Shown here piece after piece: positions 10,032 to 18,434 of a DNA stretch of 42,107 bases. Under the pieces are notes generated by a model that saw only the letters and a list, made by a program, of their open reading frames with translations, did no database searches and was not told where the DNA came from. How positions within the stretch are numbered: position 1 is the stretch's first letter; the number at the start of each line of letters is the position of its first letter. This DNA comes from Deinococcota bacterium (GTDB lineage: Bacteria > Deinococcota > Deinococci > Deinococcales > Thermaceae), in NCBI GenBank assembly GCA_041695225.1, contig JBGFRI010000028.1, positions 1 through 42,107 on the forward strand, given 5' to 3'. Position numbers and translations under genes: made by a program.

Positions 10032-11354
10032 ATGCTAGCGGCCTTCCGTTCTGCGCTGATCATCCCCGAGCTGCGTAAACGCATTCTCTTTACCTTCTTG
10101 GTGCTGGTGCTGTACCGGTTGGGAACCTTTATCCCCACCCCAGGGGTGGACATTAGCAAGATCCGCGAGTTTCTGGGAACCCAGGCTGGTGCGGCGCTCG
10201 GGCTGGTTAACCTGTTTACCGGTGGCAACTTCGAGCAGTTCTCGATATTTGCCCTGGGCATTATGCCCTACATCACGGCTGCCATCATCATGCAGCTGCT
10301 GGTCAACGTGGTGCCTGCCCTGGAGAAGCTGCAAAAAGAGGGGGAGGAAGGCCGCCGGATAATCACCCAGTACACCCGCATTGCGGGGATTACCCTGGGT
10401 GGGGTACAGGGTCTGTTCCTGGCCACAGCCTTCCTTGGGGCTAACCAGGGGGCTTTCTTGCTTCCTGGCTGGGCGCCCGGTCTCTTCTTCTACTTTGTGG
10501 TGGTGATCACCCAGGTAGCGGGTATTGCGCTACTGTTGTGGATGGCCGAACGGATCACCGAGTACGGCATCGGCAACGGCACCAGCATGGTAATTTTTGC
10601 GGGCATTGTGGCGGTGTGGATGCCCCAGCTGGGCCGCGCATTTGACCTGGTTCGCACCGGCGAGGTCAACCTGATTGCCCTTTTGATCTTCCTGGCCTTT
10701 GTGGTGGTGGCCTTTGGGGCCATGGCGGCGGTGCAACAGGCCGAGCGGCGTATTCCAGTGCAGTATGCCCGCAAACAGGTCGGGCGTAAGATGTTCGGTG
10801 GCCAGGCCACCTACCTCCCCATCAAACTCAACGCGGCGGGAGTCATTCCCATCATCTTTGCTGCTGCTCTGCTTCAACTCCCGCTCTTCTTCACCGGGGT
10901 TTTTCCCGAGTCGCCAGTGGCCCAGGCTATTTCCGGTTTCTTCATGCCCGGCCGCTTCCCCGGACTCTTAATTGAGGTGCTGCTGATCATCGGCTTCACC
11001 TATGTCTACACTGCGGTGCAGTTTAACCCCACGCGGATCTCGGAAAACCTGCGCGAATATGGGGGTTTTATTCCTGGCATTCGCCCCGGTGACCCCACGG
11101 TGAAGTTTCTGGAGCATATCGTTTCGCGCCTGACCCTGTGGGGCGCCATGTTCCTGGGCGTGGTTGCGGCTACGCCTACCATCATGCAAAACATCACCGG
11201 GGTGACCATTTTGGCCTTCCACTTTTCTGGCATCAGCTTGCTGATCGTAGTGGGGGTCGCGCTCGATACCCTGCGGCAGATCGAGGCCCAGTTACAGATG
11301 CGTAATTACGAGGGTTTCTTGTCCAAAGGCCGTTTGCGCGGCCGTACCCGCTAG
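10032..11354 (+). CDS. secY: Preprotein translocase subunit SecY
   Basis: SIFALGIMPYITA...ITEYGIGNG...RRIPVQYA...NAAGVIPIIFA...GFIPGIRPG. Confidence 0.99.
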   Translation: MLAAFRSALIIPELRKRILFTFLVLVLYRLGTFIPTPGVDISKIREFLGTQAGAALGLVNLFTGGNFEQFSIFALGIMPYITAAIIMQLLVNVVPALEKLQKEGEEGRRIITQYTRIAGITLGGVQGLFLATAFLGANQGAFLLPGWAPGLFFYFVVVITQVAGIALLLWMAERITEYGIGNGTSMVIFAGIVAVWMPQLGRAFDLVRTGEVNLIALLIFLAFVVVAFGAMAAVQQAERRIPVQYARKQVGRKMFGGQATYLPIKLNAAGVIPIIFAAALLQLPLFFTGVFPESPVAQAISGFFMPGRFPGLLIEVLLIIGFTYVYTAVQFNPTRISENLREYGGFIPGIRPGDPTVKFLEHIVSRLTLWGAMFLGVVAATPTIMQNITGVTILAFHFSGISLLIVVGVALDTLRQIEAQLQMRNYEGFLSKGRLRGRTR

Positions 11355-11368
11355 GGAGGTAAAAAGGC

Positions 11369-11941
11369 ATGGGACAGGCAGTTATTTTCTTGGGCCCACC
11401 TGGGGCGGGCAAGGGCACCCAGGCCAAACGTCTGGCTGCCGAGATGGGTTTCAAGCAGCTTTCAACCGGCGACATTCTGCGCAGCCATGTGGCCCGCAAC
11501 ACCCCGCTGGGACAAAAAGCCAAGCCCATCATGGACGCGGGAAAGCTGGTTCCCGACGAGATCATCCTGGGTCTGATTGCAGAAGAGCTCTCGGTCGTGC
11601 CAGACCCCAGGGTCATCTTCGATGGCTTCCCTCGAACTTTGGCCCAGGCCGAAGCTTTGGATAAACTATTGCAGGAGCAGAAAATTCACCTGTTGGGTGT
11701 TCTCCTGGTCACGGCGCCAGAAGATGAGCTGGTCAAGCGCCTGTTGGGCCGGGCCCAGCAGGAGGGGCGCTCGGACGATAACGAAGAGACTATCCGGGCT
11801 CGTATGCAAGAGTACCGCCAGAAAACCCAGCCGCTGGTAGACTACTATCTCAAGACTGGCAGTCTGAAGCAGATCAATGGTCTGAGCGCAGTGGATGAGG
11901 TATACCGCGCCATCCAGGAAGCCCTGGGAGTTAGTGCGTAA
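11369..11941 (+). CDS. adk: Adenylate kinase (short LID type)
   Basis: GPPGAGKGTQA P-loop, STGDILR, DGFPR, RSDD. Confidence 0.98.
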   Translation: MGQAVIFLGPPGAGKGTQAKRLAAEMGFKQLSTGDILRSHVARNTPLGQKAKPIMDAGKLVPDEIILGLIAEELSVVPDPRVIFDGFPRTLAQAEALDKLLQEQKIHLLGVLLVTAPEDELVKRLLGRAQQEGRSDDNEETIRARMQEYRQKTQPLVDYYLKTGSLKQINGLSAVDEVYRAIQEALGVSA

Positions 11942-11976
11942 GGGCGTGTTGCAGCGCACCCTTGCCGGACATAGAT

Positions 11977-12768
11977 ATGGCTATCCAGATCAAATCGCCC
12001 TGGGAAATAGAGAAGATGACCAAAACCGGCCGGCTTCATACCGAGGTGTTCGCCGAAGTGGAGCCGCTTATACGACCAGGGGTGACGACCCTCGAGCTCG
12101 ATCAGCTTGTGCTCAAAGCAATCCGGCGGGTGGGAGGGAGTGCGCCCCAGATTGGCTATCGGGCCGGTGGCGCAGTGCCCTATCCTAGCGCTACCTGTAT
12201 GTCCATTGACGATGTGGTGGTGCACGGCTTTCCTTCCAGGCGGCCCTTGCAGGAAGGGGAGCTCTTGAAGATTGATTTTCTCTTCACCCACGATGGCTAT
12301 ACCACCGATATGGCCCGAACCTACCCGGTGGGCAGGGTCTCGCCCGAAGCCCGGAAGCTGCTGTGGGTCACCGAAGAGGCCTTCTGGCTGGGACTGGAGC
12401 TGCTACGGCCTGGCAAGCGCATTGGCGACGTGGCGGCAGCGGTGCAAAATTTTGTAGAAAAACAGCATGGCCTTTGGTGCATCCGCGAGATGGTTGGGCA
12501 TGGGGTTGGGCGCGAACTGCACGAAGACCCGCAAGTCCCCAACTACGGCGAGCCTGGTAAGGGCCCTAAGCTGCGCCCTGGTATGACCCTGGCCTTTGAG
12601 CCCATGGTTGCTTTGTACCCAGCCAAGATGGTAATATTGGCGGATGGTTGGACGGCCACGGTTGGCAAAGGCAACCTGGCGGCCCACTACGAAAACACGG
12701 TACTGATTACCGAGTCTGGCCCTCGCCTCTTGACGGGGAGCCAGAAGCCTGTGCCGGTGGGGCGGTAG
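11977..12768 (+). CDS. map: Methionine aminopeptidase type I
   Basis: VVHGFP, KIDF, TDMART, GHGVG..LHEDP, FEPM, AHYENT; start set at ATG 11977. Confidence 0.97.
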   Translation: MAIQIKSPWEIEKMTKTGRLHTEVFAEVEPLIRPGVTTLELDQLVLKAIRRVGGSAPQIGYRAGGAVPYPSATCMSIDDVVVHGFPSRRPLQEGELLKIDFLFTHDGYTTDMARTYPVGRVSPEARKLLWVTEEAFWLGLELLRPGKRIGDVAAAVQNFVEKQHGLWCIREMVGHGVGRELHEDPQVPNYGEPGKGPKLRPGMTLAFEPMVALYPAKMVILADGWTATVGKGNLAAHYENTVLITESGPRLLTGSQKPVPVGR

Positions 12769-12799
12769 CGCCAGAATCGGGGATACTAGGAGGAGATGC

Positions 12800-13018
12800 T
12801 TGGCCAAGGAAAAAGACACAATTCGTGCTGAAGGGGTCATAAGCGAGGCCCTGCCCAATACCACCTTCCGGGTGCAGCTTGACAATGGCCCCCAGATCCT
12901 CTGCTACATCTCTGGCAAGATGCGTATGAACTATATCCGTATTCTTCCAGGCGACCGGGTGGTGGTCGAGATCACTCCCTACGATCCTAGCCGAGGCAGA
13001 ATTGTTTACCGCAGATAA
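12800..13018 (+). CDS. infA: Translation initiation factor IF-1
   Basis: [15 protein letters not shown]...[21 protein letters not shown] start after AGGAGG. Confidence 0.98.
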   Translation: MAKEKDTIRAEGVISEALPNTTFRVQLDNGPQILCYISGKMRMNYIRILPGDRVVVEITPYDPSRGRIVYRR

Positions 13019-13087
13019 AGGCCCAAGAAAGAGGCAGGCGCCTGGAGCCAAAGACTAAAAGCCCCAGACGCGATAAAGGAGCCAGCC

Positions 13088-13201
13088 ATGAAAGTGCGAA
13101 CCTCAGTGAAGAAAATGTGCGACAAGTGCAAGGTGATCAGACGCCACGGCCGGGTCTATGTGATCTGTGAGGACCCTACCCACAAGCAACGTCAAGGCTA
13201 A
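13088..13201 (+). CDS. rpmJ: 50S ribosomal protein L36 (not in the ORF track)
   Basis: Manual translation [37 protein letters not shown]; intact C-C-C-H zinc ribbon. Confidence 0.98.
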   Translation: MKVRTSVKKMCDKCKVIRRHGRVYVICEDPTHKQRQG

Positions 13202-13217
13202 GAGAGGAGGTGAGTGA

Positions 13218-13598
13218 ATGGCTCGTATTTCTGGTGTGGAAATTCCTCGCAATAAGCGGGTGGAGATCGCCCTGACCTACGTTTATGGGGTTGGCCCCGC
13301 CAGGGCTAAGCAAGCCCTAGCGGCAGCCAAGGTCAACCCGGATACCCGGGTCAAGGATCTGTCTGAAGCCGAGGTGGCCCGGCTGCGCGAGTTTGTAGAA
13401 AACAGCTACAAGCTCGAGGGCGAGCTGCGTGCCGAGACCGCAGGCAACATCAAGCGCCTGATGGACATTGGTTGCTACCGGGGTCTGCGTCACCGCCGGG
13501 GGCTGCCGGTGCGCGGCCAGCGTACCCGTACCAACGCCCGCAGCCGCAAGGGTCCCCGCAAGACGGTTGCCGGCAAGAAAAAGGCACCCAGGAAATAG
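13218..13598 (+). CDS. rpsM: 30S ribosomal protein S13
   Basis: [10 protein letters not shown]...[22 protein letters not shown]. Confidence 0.99.
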   Translation: MARISGVEIPRNKRVEIALTYVYGVGPARAKQALAAAKVNPDTRVKDLSEAEVARLREFVENSYKLEGELRAETAGNIKRLMDIGCYRGLRHRRGLPVRGQRTRTNARSRKGPRKTVAGKKKAPRK

Positions 13599-13600
13599 AT

Positions 13601-13625
13601 GGCAGGCAGCAGGCAGCAGGCAGCA
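13601..13625. repeat. Heptamer tandem repeat (GGCAGCA)x3
   Basis: GGCA GGCAGCA GGCAGCA GGCAGCA directly after the rpsM stop. Confidence 0.7.
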
Positions 13626-13764
13626 TGGTTGAACAATTCCTGCCCCGTATGCCCGAAGCTGATAAAACTGGAACGTAGATGCCAGCTATGCATCGTGTAC
13701 ACGCCAGTTGAGACTCCTGATAGCGCTTCACACCCATTTTGCGTGGAGCAACCGCGAGGAGAGT

Positions 13765-14166
13765 ATGGCCGAGAAACAAGCTACAACTAGTCGTAAGAAA
13801 AAAGCAAAGCGTCAGGTATCGGCAGGGCGTGCATTTATCCACGCTTCGTACAACAACACCATAGTTACCATCACCGACACCAACGGACACCCCGTAACCT
13901 GGTCGTCGGGTGGGGCTATCGGCTACAAGGGTAGTCGCAAGGGTACGCCCTACGCTGCCCAGCTGGCGGCGATGGATGCAGCCAAAAAAGCCCAGGGCTT
14001 TGGCATGAACAGTGTGGAAGTGGTGGTGCGGGGCACTGGCGCCGGCCGCGAGCAGGCCATTCGGGCCTTGCAGGCCAGTGGCCTTCAGGTGCGCTCCATT
14101 GTGGACGATACCCCCCTGCCCCACAACGGCTGCCGCCTGCGTAAAAAGTTCCGTAAGACCATCTGA
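13765..14166 (+). CDS. rpsK: 30S ribosomal protein S11
   Basis: [14 protein letters not shown]...[13 protein letters not shown]...[14 protein letters not shown] 13765 after GAGGAG. Confidence 0.99.
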   Translation: MAEKQATTSRKKKAKRQVSAGRAFIHASYNNTIVTITDTNGHPVTWSSGGAIGYKGSRKGTPYAAQLAAMDAAKKAQGFGMNSVEVVVRGTGAGREQAIRALQASGLQVRSIVDDTPLPHNGCRLRKKFRKTI

Positions 14167-14238
14167 AGATTATCTTTGTTTGCTGGGGTGAAACTTTGGT
14201 TCCCTGCTTCACCCCCATACCCTGGGAACCCGGAGGAA

Positions 14239-14327
14239 TGTCGAGTGTCGAGTTTTGAGTGTCGAGCGCCAGAGATGGTGGCCCAGACCCTGGACTCTAA
14301 ACCCTGGATGTTTCTCCGACAGGAGAA
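14239..14327. repeat. Heptamer-repeat hairpin plus SD mini-hairpin upstream of rpsD
   Basis: TGTCGAG TGTCGAG TTTTGAG TGTCGAG ... CAGACCC TGGACTC TAAACCC TGGA; then TTCTCC-GACA-GGAGAA. Confidence 0.75.
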
Positions 14328-14332
14328 GACAT

Positions 14333-14950
14333 ATGGGTCGTTATAGAGGGCCAATCGTAAAAGTGGCGCGTCGCCTTGGAGTGAACGTAGCCGAGACCGA
14401 GAAAGTTCAAAAATACCTGGATCGCCGCCCTTATGCCCCTGGCCAGCATGGCCAGAAGCGCAAGGGCCGCCCCTCAGACTTTGCCGTGCGGCTGCGGGAG
14501 AAGCAAAAACTGCGCTTCATCTACGATCTGTCGGAAACCCAGTTTCGTAACCTCTTCGAGGAAGCTACCCGCAAGAAGGGCGTGACCGGCACAGTTTTCC
14601 TGCAATTGCTCGAGAGCCGTCTGGACAACGTGGTTTTTCGCATGGGTATTGCCTCTACCCGCCGTCAGGCCCGGCAGTTTGTGCGCCACGGCCACCTACT
14701 GGTCAATGGTAGGCGGGTAACCGTTCCCGGCTACCGGTTGAACCAGGGTGACGAACTCAGGGTAGCGGATAAAGCCAGGAAGAATGATTTCATCGTCCAG
14801 AACGTGGAACGTTTTAAAAACCGCAAGGTTTTCCCCTGGCTTCAGTTCAGCGCCGAGAGCATGACCGGGCGTTTTCTGCGGGCGCCCGAGAGAGAAATGC
14901 TCTCCCTGCCGGTGAACGAGCAGCTGGTGATCGAGTTCTACTCACGGTAG
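14333..14950 (+). CDS. rpsD: 30S ribosomal protein S4 (no N-terminal Cys motif)
   Basis: MGRYRGP...PGQHG...LREKQK...[13 protein letters not shown]...[12 protein letters not shown]...IEFYSR. Confidence 0.99.
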   Translation: MGRYRGPIVKVARRLGVNVAETEKVQKYLDRRPYAPGQHGQKRKGRPSDFAVRLREKQKLRFIYDLSETQFRNLFEEATRKKGVTGTVFLQLLESRLDNVVFRMGIASTRRQARQFVRHGHLLVNGRRVTVPGYRLNQGDELRVADKARKNDFIVQNVERFKNRKVFPWLQFSAESMTGRFLRAPEREMLSLPVNEQLVIEFYSR

Positions 14951-15022
14951 CCGATAGCCCATAGCTCATAGCCGATAGCAAAAACCGCTAAGAGCCATCA
15001 GCTATCAGCAACTCCGAAGGAG
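14948..15022. repeat. Heptamer-repeat hairpin plus SD mini-hairpin upstream of rpoA
   Basis: TAGCCGA TAGCCCA TAGCTCA TAGCCGA TAGC, loop, GCTAAGA GCCATCA GCTATCA GC; then CTCC-GAA-GGAG. Confidence 0.8.
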
Positions 15023-15028
15023 GTAATT

Positions 15029-16006
15029 TTGGAAACTACCAAGACCAAAGCCCCGGTTTTTAATGCTCGCATTGACGGAAATTACGGTGAGTTTGTACTC
15101 GAGCCCTTAGAACGGGGTTTCGGTGTGACCCTGGGTAACCCCTTGCGTCGGATTTTGCTTTCCTCGATCCCCGGCACGGCGGTCACCAGTGTCTACATCG
15201 AGGATGTACTGCACGAGTTCTCCACTATTCCGGGGGTCCAGGAAGACGCCATCCAGTTGATCCTGAACCTCAAGGAACTGGTAGTACGCTTTGCTAGCCC
15301 CGACTCAGGCCCTAAAACCCTCACCCTGCGGGTTAGTGGCCCCAGGGTGGTCTATGCCCGCGACCTCGAGTGCCCTTCCGACGCGGAAATCGTCAACCCC
15401 GATCAGTATATTGCGACCCTCGAGGCCAAAGGCAAGCTGGTGATGGAGGTCCGCGTGGACCAGGGTACCGGCTATGTGCCAGCGGAAAAACACGGTATCA
15501 AAGACCGCATCTCTTCCATTCCAGTAGATGCCCTTTACTCTCCGGTGCGCCGCGTTGCCTACCAGGTTGAAGATACCCGTCTGGGTCAGCGTACCGACCT
15601 TGATAAGCTGACCCTGCGCATCTGGACTAACGGGGCAGTCTCGCCGATGGATGTGCTGCAACAGTCGGTGGCCATCCTGCGGGAGCAACTGGGTTTGTTT
15701 GACCAGTCGCCGCTGGTGCGGGTTGAGCACAAACCCACGCCAGTAGCCGCGGCCCCTACCGCTGCCGCTGTGGTTACGGCAGCGCCCGCAGCCACCCCCT
15801 TCTCCCAGGGAGTAGGGTTAACCTTAGATGACCTCGGTCTGACCACCCGCGTATTGCACAACCTGAAGGAAGAGGGTATCGAGAGTGTGGAAAGCCTCCT
15901 GGCTCTTTCGGAGCGGGAGCTCAAGAAAGTGCCCGGTATTGGCGACCGCAGTCTGCAAGAGATTAAGGACTGCCTGGCCCATCACGGGCTTGTGATGAAA
16001 GACTGA
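15029..16006 (+). CDS. rpoA: RNA polymerase subunit alpha
   Basis: EPLERGFGVTLGNPLRRILLSSIPG...VLHEFSTIPGV...; TTG start after AAGGAGG. Confidence 0.99.
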   Translation: METTKTKAPVFNARIDGNYGEFVLEPLERGFGVTLGNPLRRILLSSIPGTAVTSVYIEDVLHEFSTIPGVQEDAIQLILNLKELVVRFASPDSGPKTLTLRVSGPRVVYARDLECPSDAEIVNPDQYIATLEAKGKLVMEVRVDQGTGYVPAEKHGIKDRISSIPVDALYSPVRRVAYQVEDTRLGQRTDLDKLTLRIWTNGAVSPMDVLQQSVAILREQLGLFDQSPLVRVEHKPTPVAAAPTAAAVVTAAPAATPFSQGVGLTLDDLGLTTRVLHNLKEEGIESVESLLALSERELKKVPGIGDRSLQEIKDCLAHHGLVMKD

Positions 16007-16082
16007 GGTTTGAGGTCGCAAGTCCCGTGTCGCAGGTCAAGGAGACCTGAGACCTGTGACCTGAGACCTCTCCAAAGGAGAG
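16005..16082. repeat. Heptamer-repeat hairpin plus SD mini-hairpin upstream of rplQ
   Basis: GAGGTTT GAGGTCG CAAGTCC CGTGTCG CAGGTC, loop AAGGA, GACCTGA GACCTGT GACCTGA GACCTC; then CTCTCC-AAA-GGAGAG. Confidence 0.8.
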
Positions 16083-16088
16083 AAACCC

Positions 16089-16574
16089 ATGCGTCACCAA
16101 AAAGCTGGAAGAAAACTAGGCCGCAACTCCTCGCATCGCCTGGCTCTGTTCCGTAATCTTGCCAGGAGCCTGCTATCTTCGGAAGAGGGCAAGATTACCA
16201 CCACCATTCCCAAAGCCAAAGAACTTGCAGGCTATGTGGACAACCTGATTACCGTGGCTAAGAAAGCCCCAAGCCTAACCGCGCCAGAGGGGGTGCGCTT
16301 TACCAAGCGTAAGGACAAACAGGGTCAGGAGCTGCCCCTCGAGGAGGGTGAGCGCATGGCTACCCCCGAAGAGCTAGCAGCCTATGCCCGGCGTAACCAC
16401 CTGCGCCGGCAGCTACTGCGCGATCTGCACGACCCCGAGCTGGTCAAGATGCTTTTTGAAGAGATTGTTCCCCGCTATGTCGACCGCCCGGGTGGGTATA
16501 CACGAGTGCTCAAGCTAGCCGAGCGCCGCCGGGGAGACGGTACCCAGCTTGCACTGGTTGAGCTGGTGCGCTAA
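16089..16574 (+). CDS. rplQ: 50S ribosomal protein L17 with an internal insertion
   Basis: MRHQKAGRKLGRNSSHR...ITTTIPKAKE...RPGGYTRVLKL..RRGDG. Confidence 0.98.
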   Translation: MRHQKAGRKLGRNSSHRLALFRNLARSLLSSEEGKITTTIPKAKELAGYVDNLITVAKKAPSLTAPEGVRFTKRKDKQGQELPLEEGERMATPEELAAYARRNHLRRQLLRDLHDPELVKMLFEEIVPRYVDRPGGYTRVLKLAERRRGDGTQLALVELVR

Positions 16575-16660
16575 CTGAAGTTTTTTGGCGACGAAAGCGG
16601 AAAAAGTGCTCACTGGAACCGGTAATGTCAGGTCTGAACGTCGCTTTTGTGTACCCATCT

Positions 16661-16812
16661 AGTCGCAGGTCACAAGTCGCATCTCGTATAACTCGAGACC
16701 TGAGATATTCCATTAGCCCATAGCCAATAGCCGAAAGCTAAAAGCCGAAAGCTAAAAGCCTTAGGCCTTTATTTGACCTTCGACCTTCGACCTTTGACCT
16801 GAGGCTTGTGAC
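16661..16812. repeat. Composite heptamer-repeat array downstream of rplQ
   Basis: GTCGCAG GTCACAA GTCGC...GAGACCT; TAGCCCA TAGCCAA TAGCCGA AAGCTAA AAGCCGA AAGCTAA AAGCC; TTGACCT TCGACCT TCGACCT TTGACCT. Confidence 0.8.
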
Positions 16813-17192
16813 ATTCCACTAGTCGGGGTCACATCTCCCGCACATCACCACCAGTCGCCTGTTACAACGGCTGTGCCTTTAGACGGGGAAAGACCGTCTG
16901 GGTACAGGAAGGACGTACCCAGGATGATGACGGGCCAAAGAGGGATCTGACCTTTTCAGGAGCAGAAACTCTTTGCCCGGCCTTGGGAACTTCAGATTAG
17001 CTGCTGGGGTGATCTGGATTCCTTCGCGCTCATCGGGTGCTTGCAAAGACGCGCTGTTTATTCCCCAGCGTTCTGGCCCCACTCACCGCCAATCCGCAGA
17101 CAATGGAGCCCCCAACTGCGTACTGGATGAGGCTGCGTTCCTGCCAACAACCACGCCCTTACTCTTACTGGGTGTGTCTGGAATAATGTTGG

Positions 17193-18428
17193 CTAAAAAG
17201 AGCGCTTATTTGAGACTTCCGGTAAAAGTGGGGGATCTGAGCTCGAGGAACCTTTTCCCTTTACCACGCCTTCGATGTGGCAGGATGCCTCGAGCCCCAT
17301 CAAAGACCTGTGTAACACGCAGACCTGCTCGAGCGAGATCAGTGGCTGACACTGCCCACAACTGCCGTTAGGCGAAAAGGCCATAAGCTGGGTAGCATCT
17401 ATCTTGATGTTTACACGGGTACCGGGCTCAACCATGCGGCTGGAGCTTTGCAGCGAGTGAATCTTGCGGCCATCGCTCAGGCTTAGCTCGTACAAGACCG
17501 AGGCGCCCACAAAACGCAGCCCGCTAATAACCACTGCCCCGGCAGGGTCAACCGTAAAGTCCACCACGTCTGGCCGTATCATCAGGTCTACCGGGTGTCC
17601 GCACTCCCAGCCTGCGCAAGGAATGGTAAAAGTACCCAGGACAGTTTGCAGGCCATGGGCGCCCACTACTCCGGGTAAAAAGTCGGCTTTACCGACAAAG
17701 TCGGCCACAAAACGGGTCGCGGGCCGGTGGTAGACCTCTGGGGGGGTTCCTACTTGTTGCAAACAACCCCGGTTTAAGACCCCAACCCGGTCGGAGAGCG
17801 AGAAGGCCTCCTCCTGCTCGTGGGTGACCAGAATGGTGGTAGTGTTGCACTCTTTAAGGATGCGCCTGGTCTCGCTACGCAACTCCTCGCGCAGGCCCGT
17901 ATCCAGATTGGAGAAAGGTTCATCCAGCAGCATCACCCTGGGAGAAGGGGCCAACGACCGGGCCAGGGCTACCCGCTGGCCCTGGCCACCAGAGAGTTCG
18001 TGTGGGTAGCGGTTAGCCAGGCCGTCTAACCCCACCAGCAACAGAAGCTCTGCTACCCGTTGACGTGCGGCTTTGCGCGACCAGCCCGCCAGGCCGAAGG
18101 CTATGTTCTGGGCCACCGTCAGGTGAGGAAACAGCGCCTGATCCTGAAAAACAATACCCACACCACGGCGTTCGGGGCTAACCCAGTCCGAATCACTGGC
18201 TACCACCTGATCGCCTATCAGAATACTGCCTCTGGCAGGCCGTTCCAGGCCAGCAATAAGCCGGAGGGTGGTGGTCTTGCCGCAGCCCGAAGGCCCCAGT
18301 AATGAGAAAAACTCCCCGGGCCGGATGCTCAGGTTAAGGTTGCTAACCGCACAGGTTCTGCCGAATGAACGCACTACCCCCCGTAGCTCAACCCCAGCAG
18401 GGGTGCAGGAATTACTGGTCATCTCCAT
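17193..18428 (-). CDS. Fe3+-type ABC transporter ATP-binding subunit (FbpC/AfuC-like)
   Basis: Walker A GPSGCGKT, LSGGQ signature, LLDEPFSNLD, H-loop VTHEQ; adjacent to permease and binding protein. Confidence 0.92.
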   Translation of the reverse strand: MEMTSNSCTPAGVELRGVVRSFGRTCAVSNLNLSIRPGEFFSLLGPSGCGKTTTLRLIAGLERPARGSILIGDQVVASDSDWVSPERRGVGIVFQDQALFPHLTVAQNIAFGLAGWSRKAARQRVAELLLLVGLDGLANRYPHELSGGQGQRVALARSLAPSPRVMLLDEPFSNLDTGLREELRSETRRILKECNTTTILVTHEQEEAFSLSDRVGVLNRGCLQQVGTPPEVYHRPATRFVADFVGKADFLPGVVGAHGLQTVLGTFTIPCAGWECGHPVDLMIRPDVVDFTVDPAGAVVISGLRFVGASVLYELSLSDGRKIHSLQSSSRMVEPGTRVNIKIDATQLMAFSPNGSCGQCQPLISLEQVCVLHRSLMGLEASCHIEGVVKGKGSSSSDPPLLPEVSNKRSF

Positions 18429-18434
18429 TCTTTA

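Noticed and set aside
13040..13072. Weak 7-nt periodicity between infA and rpmJ
   Set aside because: Too degenerate to call as a member of the heptamer family
14183..14215. GGGGTGAA...TTCACCCC hairpin as an S4 autoregulatory leader
   Set aside because: A single hairpin with no features I can match to a known leader family
6193..14332. Upstream-extended starts given by the ORF track for rplE, rpsN, rplF, secY, map, rpsK and rpsD
   Set aside because: Downstream ATGs give canonical N-termini, mostly with an SD or stop-start coupling; the extensions run through repeats or neighbouring genes
16830..17190. Unassigned 360-bp stretch with short ORFs (16879-17082, 16973-17371) and small hairpins
   Set aside because: No recognisable protein motif, SD or element ends; cannot support a gene or RNA call
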